NCBI GenBank assembly: GCA_019118345.1
Contig: DWZD01000051.1
Location: forward strand, 1,498 to 65,497
Length of the DNA stretch: 64,000 nt
From: Candidatus Desulfovibrio intestinavium
GTDB lineage: Bacteria; Desulfobacterota; Desulfovibrionia; Desulfovibrionales; Desulfovibrionaceae
Direction: 5' to 3'
How positions within the stretch are numbered: position 1 is the first letter of the stretch; each line of letters begins with the position of its first letter. Position numbers and translations under genes: made by a program. Below are positions 57,058 through 64,000 of this stretch, one piece after another. Under the pieces are notes generated by a model that saw nothing but the letters and a program-made list of their open reading frames with translations, was not told the origin of the DNA and ran no database searches.

Positions 57058-58218
57058 ATGTCCAAGACCCTGCTTATCCTCGGACTCGGCGGCGTGGGCT
57101 GCTTTGCCGCCCACTTGGCGGCGCGCCTGCCCGGCCTGCATGTGGTGGTGGGCGATGTGCGTGAAGAACATGCGCGGCAGGTGGCCAACAGTCTGATCTC
57201 GGTCAATTTTTTCGAGGGGGCGGCGCAGCGCTTCCCCCGGGTGGATGCCGTGGGGCTGGACATGATGCGGCCGGAGGACATTGCCCGGGTACTGGAAACC
57301 TGGCGGCCGGACGTGATCTTCAACGCCACGACCCTGCTGTCGTGGTGGCATCTGCATCGCCTGCCCCATGCGCTGGCCCGCCGCATCTACTACGGCGATC
57401 CCGAAGGCTGCGGCCTGCGGCCCTGGGCGCCCGGTCATGGCGTGCTCCTGACCCATCTCATGCGGGTCGTGCGCGCCGTGCTGCCGCAAGCGCGGGTGGT
57501 CAACGTGTCCGGGCCGGACTATCTGCATGAGATGCTGGGCAAGGTGGGGCTGGCCCCGGATGTGGGCGTGGGCAATGTGGCCCTGCTGGAACCCATCCTG
57601 CGACGCATCGTGGCCGAAAAGCGAAACGTGCCGCCCGAAGCGCTGGACATCACCCTGGTGGGTCACCATTGCATGTGCATGCAGATTTTTCAGGAAGGCG
57701 CGCTGGCCCCGGAAATTCCCTTCCATCTCCGCATCGAGGAGGACAGGCGGGACATTACCGCCGAGCTGGATATCGACCGCGATCTCTGGGCGCGGGTTCC
57801 CGCCCATATGCCCCTGCTTTCGGAGGTCAATCAGCAATGCGTGGCGGCCTCGGCCCTCAGGATCATCCGGGCCATGCTCTACGATACCGGAGAGATCATG
57901 CATGCGCCGGGGCCGTGCGGCCTGCCCGCGGGCTGCCCGGTGCGGGTGGACGCTTCCGGCGTGAAGGTGGTCGTGCCGCCGGAACTGGGCCGGGAACGGA
58001 TGCTGCAAATCATGTACGAGGCCAACCGCCGTGAGGGCTTCGAGCCGACGGGCGAGGACGGCACGGTCACGGCCACGCCGCATTGCGCGGAGGTGGTTGA
58101 GGACGTTTTCGGCATCAGCTGGCGCTACCGGCGGTTCCGGCTGGAAGAAATGTTCGACGCCCATCAGGAAATGGCGGAGGCGTTCAGCCGGCTGCTGGCC
58201 CGCTATCCCGGAGCCTGA
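57058..58218 (+). CDS. Saccharopine-dehydrogenase-like NAD(P)-binding oxidoreductase
   Basis: N-terminal Rossmann LLILGLGGVGCFAAHLAARLPGLHVVVGDV, 386 aa. Overall it looks like the Sacchrp_dh / homospermidine-synthase-like superfamily; that family call is from memory. GGAAGGAGGAAG RBS. Last gene of the TRAP operon. Confidence 0.6.
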   Translation: MSKTLLILGLGGVGCFAAHLAARLPGLHVVVGDVREEHARQVANSLISVNFFEGAAQRFPRVDAVGLDMMRPEDIARVLETWRPDVIFNATTLLSWWHLHRLPHALARRIYYGDPEGCGLRPWAPGHGVLLTHLMRVVRAVLPQARVVNVSGPDYLHEMLGKVGLAPDVGVGNVALLEPILRRIVAEKRNVPPEALDITLVGHHCMCMQIFQEGALAPEIPFHLRIEEDRRDITAELDIDRDLWARVPAHMPLLSEVNQQCVAASALRIIRAMLYDTGEIMHAPGPCGLPAGCPVRVDASGVKVVVPPELGRERMLQIMYEANRREGFEPTGEDGTVTATPHCAEVVEDVFGISWRYRRFRLEEMFDAHQEMAEAFSRLLARYPGA

Positions 58219-58375
58219 TTTCTTTCGGCCAACTCCCTGAAACGCGCGGCCGTCGCAGACCATGCAGGCTGAGGCGGCCCGCGCCCCCCCTGTTCGTGCG
58301 CTCTCCCTGTCGCGGACAGGGCCCCGTCGGCAGGGCAACCGTCCCTGTCGTCCGATTTGTGGCGTTTGTAGGCAC

Positions 58376-58419
58376 AAAAAAAACATTCCGGCGCGCCGTC
58401 AGGCGAGCGCCGGAATGTT
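58376..58419 (-). terminator. Rho-independent terminator of typA
   Basis: Minus-strand RNA: AACATTCCGGCGC-tcgcctgacg-GCGCCGGAATGTT-TTTTTTT. Confidence 0.85.
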
Positions 58420-58453
58420 GTTGCCGCAGGCTGCGGGGCGGCCGCAAGGGCGG

Positions 58454-60283
58454 CTAGCCCTTCTTCTTGGCGCCCGCCATCTGATAGCGCTTCTGGGCGG
58501 AAAGTTCCGTCTTGCGCAGGCGGATGGATTGCGGGGTCACTTCCACCAGCTCATCCTCGCGCACGAAGTGCAGGGCATGTTCGAGGGTCATTTTCTTCAC
58601 CGGGGTGAGGATGACGTTTTCATCCTTGCCTGCGGCGCGGAGGTTGGTGAGCTTCTTTTCCTTGGTGGCATTGACGTCGATGTCGTTGTCGCGGTTATGC
58701 TCGCCCACGATCATGCCCTCGTAGACCGGGTCGCCCGGCTCCACAAAGAGCGTGCCGCGCGGTTCGAGATTGAAGAGGGCATAGGCCACGGCGCTGCCTG
58801 CCCGGTCGGCCACGATGGAGCCGGTGAAGCGGGTGGGGAAGTCCCCGCGCCATTTCTCGTAGCCGTCCAGATAGGAATTCATGATGCCCGTGCCCTTGGT
58901 GTCGGTGAGAAATTCGTCGCGGTAGCCGATGAGGCCGCGCGAGGGCACGGTGAACTCCAGCCGCACGCGGCCGGTGCCGTTGTTGATGCAGTTGAGCATG
59001 CGGCCCTTGCGCTGGTTGAGCTTGTCCGTCACCACGCCCATGAAGTATTCGTCGCAGTCCACATAAAGGTGTTCAATGGGTTCGAGAGTCTTGCCGTTCC
59101 CGTCCTTCTTGAGGATGACCTCCGGGCGGCCCACGGACAGCTCGAAACCTTCGCGGCGCATGGTTTCGATGAGAATGGCCATCTGGAACTCGCCGCGCCC
59201 CTTGACGAGAAAGGCATCCTTGTCCGCCGTGTCTTCCAGCCGCACGGCCACGTTGCGCAGGCATTCCTTTTCCAGCCGATCCCGGATGGCGCGGCTCTGC
59301 ACGATCTTGCCCTCGCGTCCGGCCAGCGGCGAGGTGTTGATGCCGAAGCGCATGGCCACGGTGGGTTCGTCCACCCGGATGCGGGGCAGGGCGCGCGGAT
59401 TGTCGCGGGTGCAGATGGTGTCGCCGATGGTCACATCCTCGATGCCCGCCAGCACCACGATGTCGCCAGGCCCGGCGGATTCCACCTCGGCCAGCTGCAG
59501 GCCGTCATAGACCTGCAGCTTGGTGGCGCGCAGGGGGGAGGGCTGGCCGTTTTCGCCCATGCAGACGAGCGCTTCCTTGGCGTACACCGTGCCGTGCATG
59601 ATGCGGCCCACGGCCAGACGGCCCAGATAATCGGAATAGTCGAGATCGGCCACCAGCATCTGGAAGGGTTCGGCCGGGTCATGGGTCGGGCCGGGAATAT
59701 GCTTGAGAATGGTCTCGAACAGCGGGGAAAGATCCGTCCGCTCGTCCTCCAGACCGTACATGGCCACGCCCTCGCGGCCGATGGCGTAGAGCACGGGAAA
59801 TTCCAGCTGCTCGTCATTGGCCCCGAGATCGATGAAGAGATCATAGACCTCATTGAGCACTTCGTCGGGCCGGGCGTCCTTGCGGTCGATCTTGTTGACC
59901 ACCACCACCACGGGCAGGCCGGCTTCCAGCGTCTTCTTGAGCACGAAGCGGGTCTGCGGCAGGGGGCCTTCCGAGGCGTCCACCAGCAGGATGGCCCCGG
60001 TGGCCATGGACAGGGAGCGCTCCACCTCGCCGCCGAAATCGGCGTGGCCGGGCGTGTCGATGATGTTGATCTTCACGCCCTTCCAATGCACGGCGCAGTT
60101 CTTGGCGGCAATGGTGATGCCGCGTTCGCGTTCCAGATCCATCTTGTCCATGACGCGATCATCCACCTGCTGATCAGCGCGAAAGACGCCGCTCTGACGA
60201 AAGAGCGCATCCACCAGCGTGGTTTTGCCGTGATCGACGTGGGCGATGATGGCCACATTGCGAAGGGAGGTATTCTGTTCCAT
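58454..60283 (-). CDS. typA: Translational GTPase TypA/BipA
   Basis: [22 protein letters not shown]..., [19 protein letters not shown]. 609 aa with EF-G-like domains and the TypA C-terminal domain. Confidence 0.96.
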   Translation of the reverse strand: MEQNTSLRNVAIIAHVDHGKTTLVDALFRQSGVFRADQQVDDRVMDKMDLERERGITIAAKNCAVHWKGVKINIIDTPGHADFGGEVERSLSMATGAILLVDASEGPLPQTRFVLKKTLEAGLPVVVVVNKIDRKDARPDEVLNEVYDLFIDLGANDEQLEFPVLYAIGREGVAMYGLEDERTDLSPLFETILKHIPGPTHDPAEPFQMLVADLDYSDYLGRLAVGRIMHGTVYAKEALVCMGENGQPSPLRATKLQVYDGLQLAEVESAGPGDIVVLAGIEDVTIGDTICTRDNPRALPRIRVDEPTVAMRFGINTSPLAGREGKIVQSRAIRDRLEKECLRNVAVRLEDTADKDAFLVKGRGEFQMAILIETMRREGFELSVGRPEVILKKDGNGKTLEPIEHLYVDCDEYFMGVVTDKLNQRKGRMLNCINNGTGRVRLEFTVPSRGLIGYRDEFLTDTKGTGIMNSYLDGYEKWRGDFPTRFTGSIVADRAGSAVAYALFNLEPRGTLFVEPGDPVYEGMIVGEHNRDNDIDVNATKEKKLTNLRAAGKDENVILTPVKKMTLEHALHFVREDELVEVTPQSIRLRKTELSAQKRYQMAGAKKKG

Positions 60284-60396
60284 GAAAAAAACCTTTGCTT
60301 GCCGTTGCGTGGAATGACTGCGTCCGGCGGACGCAAGCCGCCCCGCTGACGACCGGCACGGCCTTTCGCGGGGCGGGCAGAAGGTGTACGCATTTT

Positions 60397-61239
60397 TCAG
60401 AACTTTGTCACCATGTCCAGCAGCAGGCGCTCCAGCTGCCTGCCGGCCCGGGCGGCCACCTCCACGATTTCCTCAAGGGATGTCGGGGCCATGCAGTCCG
60501 GCAGGTTCTTGTTGCTCAGGCAGGAAATGCCCAGCACCCGCAGGCCGAGATGGCGGGCGGCCAGCACCTCCAGCACGGTGCTCATGCCGATGGCGTCCGC
60601 GCCCCATTGCCGGAACATGCGGGTTTCGGCCGGGCTTTCCAGCTGCGGGCCGCGCACGCCGATGTAGACGCCGCGTTCCAGCCGGATGCCCAGCAGGGAG
60701 GCGCTTTCCATCGCCAGCGCCAGCAGTTCGGGATCAAAGATGCGGCTCATGTCCGGGAAGCGCGGCCCCCACTCGTCCACGTTGGGGCCGGCCAGCGGCG
60801 TGGCGCCGGTAAAGTTGATCTGATCCGTCATGGCCATGAGGCTTCCGGCGTCAAACTGCGGATTGAGCGCGCCCGCCGCATTGGTGATGACCACGGTGCG
60901 CACGCCAAGCCCGGCCATGACCCGCACGCCCATGCAGACCTGCGCCGGCTGGTAGCCCTCATAGAGGTGGCAGCGGCCCTGCTGGGCCAGCACGGTCACC
61001 CCCGCCACATCCCCCAGCACAAAAGCCCCTTCGTGCGAGTCCGTCGTGGAGACGGGAAAGCCCGGCAGCTCCGCGTAGGGGATGCGCACGCTGTCGCGCA
61101 TGGCCGACGCCAGTCCGGAGAGGCCCGTGCCGAGCACCATGCCCGCGCGGGGCGTGGCGGCCCGTCCCGTGCGGCCGGCGGCGGAAAGTTTTTGCTTCAG
61201 CGCCCGGACGGCGAGCTGGACTTCTGGCAGATTTTGCAT
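60397..61239 (-). CDS. Purine nucleoside phosphorylase (trimeric PNP/MTAP family)
   Basis: ...GRCHLYEGY..., VITNAAGALNP, GPRFPDMS and GADAIGMSTVLEV are canonical PNP-I motifs. 280 aa. Confidence 0.9.
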   Translation of the reverse strand: MQNLPEVQLAVRALKQKLSAAGRTGRAATPRAGMVLGTGLSGLASAMRDSVRIPYAELPGFPVSTTDSHEGAFVLGDVAGVTVLAQQGRCHLYEGYQPAQVCMGVRVMAGLGVRTVVITNAAGALNPQFDAGSLMAMTDQINFTGATPLAGPNVDEWGPRFPDMSRIFDPELLALAMESASLLGIRLERGVYIGVRGPQLESPAETRMFRQWGADAIGMSTVLEVLAARHLGLRVLGISCLSNKNLPDCMAPTSLEEIVEVAARAGRQLERLLLDMVTKF

Positions 61240-61400
61240 AACAATACCTTGTTGTGTTCGTCAGTTTTTTCGTGTGCGCGTCCACCTGCTCCGGCAGGCG
61301 GTCGCGTTTGCGCGCATCATAGCCCGGCCGGGCATGCACTTCAAGCAACGCTGCCGGACGGCAGGAGAGTGCCTTGCAGAATTTACAGGATCTTTATGCC

Positions 61401-62831
61401 ATGCCGCTGGAAAGCCACAAGGTGCTTGTGGCCAATCGCGGCGAAATCGCCATGCGCATCATGCGGGCCTGCCGCAAGCTGGGCGTGGCCTTTGCGGCCA
61501 TTTATACCGCCGAGGACGCGGCCTCGGGCCATGTGCGCCTGGCCCGCGAGACCGGCGGGGAAAAGAGCCTCTACCGCGTCTCCTCCTACCATGACGCCAA
61601 TGAACTCATGGCCGTGGCCGACGAAGCCGGCTGCACGGCCGTGCATCCGGGCTACGGCTTCTTTGCCGAGGATTTCCGCTTTGCCCGCCGCGTCATGAAG
61701 CGCGACCGCAAGATGATCTTCATCGGCCCCTCGTGGAAGATCATTCGCGAGCTGGGCGACAAGATCAACACCAAGCGCCTGGCCCGCAGCCTGGGCGTGC
61801 CCACGGTGCCCGGTTCCGACCGGCCCATTTACGACGAAATGGAAGCCGAGCGCATTGCCCGCAGCGTCTTTGAATTTCAGGAACAGCAGGGCATCCGGCG
61901 GCCGCTCGTGCTGGTCAAGGCCTCGGCGGGCGGCGGCGGCATGGGCATCGAGGAAGTCTACGATATCGACGTGTTCCGCTCCGTGTATCGCCGCATCCGC
62001 AATTACGCCCTGCGGCAGTTCAAGGATGAGGGCGTGCTCATCGAGCAGCGCATCACGGATTTCAACCATCTGGAAGTGCAGGTGGTCTCCGACCGCACGG
62101 GCCGCAATCCCGTGCATTTCGGCACCCGCAACTGCTCCATCCAGTCCACGGGCCTGCAAAAGCGCGTGGAGGTGGCCCCGGGCTTCGCCCCCGGCCCCAT
62201 CACCTATTCCTTTGACGCCTCCAAGGTGCTGGCCGACATCGTGGACTATTCGCTGACCATGGCCCGCAAGGTGGGCTACGACAACGTGGGCACCTGGGAA
62301 TGGATCGTCACCCGCAAGGGCGAACCCTTCCTCATGGAGGTCAATACCCGCATTCAGGTGGAAAACGGCGTCTCGGCCCGCATTTCCCGCATCCACAAGG
62401 ACGGGAAAACCATTGACGACGTGGATCTGCTGGCCGAACAGGTGCGCATCGGCCTCGGCCAGCCCCTGGGCTACGGGCAGGACGACATCAGCTTCGAGGG
62501 CGTGGGCGTGGAATACCGCCTCATTGCCGAAGACCCGGACAATCGCTTCACCCCCTGGGTGGGGCGCATCGAGCGCTTCCAGTGGAAGCCGCAGCCGTGG
62601 CTGACCATGTTGACCCATGTGCCCACGGACGCGCCCTATGAAATCCCCACGGAATTTGACCCCAACCTCGCCCTGGCCATCGTCTGGGGCAAGGATCTGG
62701 ATGAAGCCAGGCAGCGCGGCCTGTCCTTCCTTGACGACCTGCGGCTGGAAGGCCGCAACAATGCCGGCGAGGAGCTGAAATCCAACGTCAACTTCCTCCG
62801 GGCCAATACGGAACGCATCCTGCGCTTCTAG
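61401..62831 (+). CDS. Biotin carboxylase (acetyl-CoA carboxylase-type ATP-grasp subunit), no BCCP domain visible
   Basis: KVLVANRGEIAMRIMRACRKLG, an ATP-grasp core (ASAGGGGMGIE) and a biotin-carboxylase C-terminal domain (EVNTRIQVENGVS). Start at ATG 61401; the ORF-track TTG at 61374 is possible. Confidence 0.88.
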   Translation: MPLESHKVLVANRGEIAMRIMRACRKLGVAFAAIYTAEDAASGHVRLARETGGEKSLYRVSSYHDANELMAVADEAGCTAVHPGYGFFAEDFRFARRVMKRDRKMIFIGPSWKIIRELGDKINTKRLARSLGVPTVPGSDRPIYDEMEAERIARSVFEFQEQQGIRRPLVLVKASAGGGGMGIEEVYDIDVFRSVYRRIRNYALRQFKDEGVLIEQRITDFNHLEVQVVSDRTGRNPVHFGTRNCSIQSTGLQKRVEVAPGFAPGPITYSFDASKVLADIVDYSLTMARKVGYDNVGTWEWIVTRKGEPFLMEVNTRIQVENGVSARISRIHKDGKTIDDVDLLAEQVRIGLGQPLGYGQDDISFEGVGVEYRLIAEDPDNRFTPWVGRIERFQWKPQPWLTMLTHVPTDAPYEIPTEFDPNLALAIVWGKDLDEARQRGLSFLDDLRLEGRNNAGEELKSNVNFLRANTERILRF

Positions 62832-62901
62832 CGCCGGATGTGCGCGTGCGCGCATCTTTCCCCTCACGACAACTCGGATCGCTTAGCGGCGTGGGCGAAA
62901 T

Positions 62902-64000
62902 ATGATGGACAACAATATCGAGAAACGCATTCAGGGGCTGACGGACAGGCTTTCCTATGCCCGTGACATTTTTGCCGGCAAGCATGAGGACGACATCTCC
63001 CTGCTGGAGGAAAAGCTGGCGGCCTTTGTGGGCCGTGCCCGGCGCGGCGAGCTGGCCGACCCGTACAATGACGTGGTGGCGCTGGAAGAGCTGTTCAGCT
63101 TTGTGGAAAAACGGCTGGAAAATGCCGTGACCCCCATGGACAAGGTGCGCATCGTGCGGCATCCGCAGCGCATCTGTCTGCGCGACATCCTCGAAAACGT
63201 CTACGACAATTTCACCGAAGTGGGCGGACAGGACGAACACAGCCTTGACCCCGGCATGCTCATCGCCCGCGCCATCATCACCCGGCGGCGCGGCAAGAAG
63301 ACCTATACCCAGTCGGTCATGGTCATCGGTCAGGAAAAGGGCCACGGCGCGGAATTTCGCAACGGCGGCTCCGTGAAGCCCTGGGGCAATGCCAAGGCCA
63401 TGCATTACATGAATGTGGCCGAAACCGAGGGCATTCCCATTCACGCCTATATCTTCACGCCCGGTTCCTATCCCATCGAGGACTATCCCGGCGCGGCCCA
63501 GCAGATCGCCCGCAATATCTACGGCATGGCGGGCCTGCGCGTGCCCATTGTGGCCGTCATTTCCGAAGGCGGCTCCGGCGGGGCCGAGGCCATCGGCCTG
63601 GCCGACAAGCGCCTCATGCTCTCGCACGGCTATTATTCGGTGATCTCGCCCGAAGGGGCCGCGGCCATCGAGGGCCGCCTCAAGGCCGGCCAGCGCGCCA
63701 CGCCCGATCTCATCGAACATTGCGCAAGCAACCTCAAGATTACCGCGCAGGACAACCTCGCCTTCGGCTATATCGACCGCATCGTGCAGGAACCGCCCCT
63801 TGGCGCACGCCCCTACCATTTCGACTTCTTCCGCTCCCTGCGGCAGGAAGTGCTGCGCGCCACCGACGAGGTGGTGCTGAGCCACCGCAAATGGCCGGGT
63901 TTCCGCGGCCTTGCCGTGGCCCGCGTGCGCAATGAGGCCAACCTCGACGAGCTGCATACCCGCTGGGGCCTGACCGCTGCGGCCAAGAAGCGCATGGTGG
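62902..64000 (+). CDS. Acetyl-CoA carboxylase carboxyltransferase, AccA-like region (5' partial, continues past the window end)
   Basis: An open frame from ATGATG at 62902 runs to the window end. Not in the ORF track because no stop is reached. VRHPQRI, FTPGSYPIEDYPGAAQQIARN, VISEGGSGGAEAIG and SVISPEGAAAI parallel E. coli AccA. It is still open after 366 codons, longer than a stand-alone AccA, consistent with a fused alpha/beta carboxyltransferase. Confidence 0.85.
   Translation, partial: MMDNNIEKRIQGLTDRLSYARDIFAGKHEDDISLLEEKLAAFVGRARRGELADPYNDVVALEELFSFVEKRLENAVTPMDKVRIVRHPQRICLRDILENVYDNFTEVGGQDEHSLDPGMLIARAIITRRRGKKTYTQSVMVIGQEKGHGAEFRNGGSVKPWGNAKAMHYMNVAETEGIPIHAYIFTPGSYPIEDYPGAAQQIARNIYGMAGLRVPIVAVISEGGSGGAEAIGLADKRLMLSHGYYSVISPEGAAAIEGRLKAGQRATPDLIEHCASNLKITAQDNLAFGYIDRIVQEPPLGARPYHFDFFRSLRQEVLRATDEVVLSHRKWPGFRGLAVARVRNEANLDELHTRWGLTAAAKKRMV

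Overview
This is a high-GC bacterial chromosome segment, roughly two-thirds G+C by eye. The gene content looks like a Desulfovibrionaceae-type sulfate reducer; that assignment is an inference from content only (TunR-type regulator, sigma54-driven flagellar genes, RNase Y, class II RNR, glycyl radical enzyme plus TRAP transporter). I can support about 50 protein genes, one ncRNA (6S RNA), several intrinsic terminators and a few promoters.

Most of the window is core housekeeping:
- dnaE, queD, ileS-lspA, cpoB, a cheZ-like gene, nrdJ and rny
- zapB-like/zapA/ssrS
- fliL-fliN-fliO-fliP-fliQ
- era-yggS, metNIQ, secA
- an alpha-2-macroglobulin/pbpC pair
- typA, a purine nucleoside phosphorylase, and acetyl-CoA-carboxylase-type genes

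The stand-out is an ~11 kb accessory metabolic island at 47.1-58.2 kb, wedged between pbpC and typA. It holds a divergent IclR regulator, then cupin, SDR, glycyl-radical activase, a glycyl radical enzyme (GCVE Cys loop, RVAGY glycyl motif) and an orphan NitT/TauT-type periplasmic binding protein. A second near-consensus promoter then drives a TRAP transporter (DctPQM) and a saccharopine-dehydrogenase-like oxidoreductase. I cannot match this gene set to any characterised glycyl-radical pathway, so I flag it as the best candidate for an undescribed catabolic system.

Other points of interest:
- a 916-aa TPR/membrane protein carrying a perfect CCHC zinc knuckle
- an orphan TunR-family (Xer-like plus Mop) regulator divergent from an aldehyde dehydrogenase
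- an AT-rich, Tat-exported, Tli4-like gene of foreign composition at the left edge
- a tandem GC-hairpin repeat array at 33.5-34.0 kb
- a 52-codon membrane ORF translationally coupled to queD

Many long ORFs in the supplied track are antisense shadow ORFs typical of high-GC DNA, and I rejected them.
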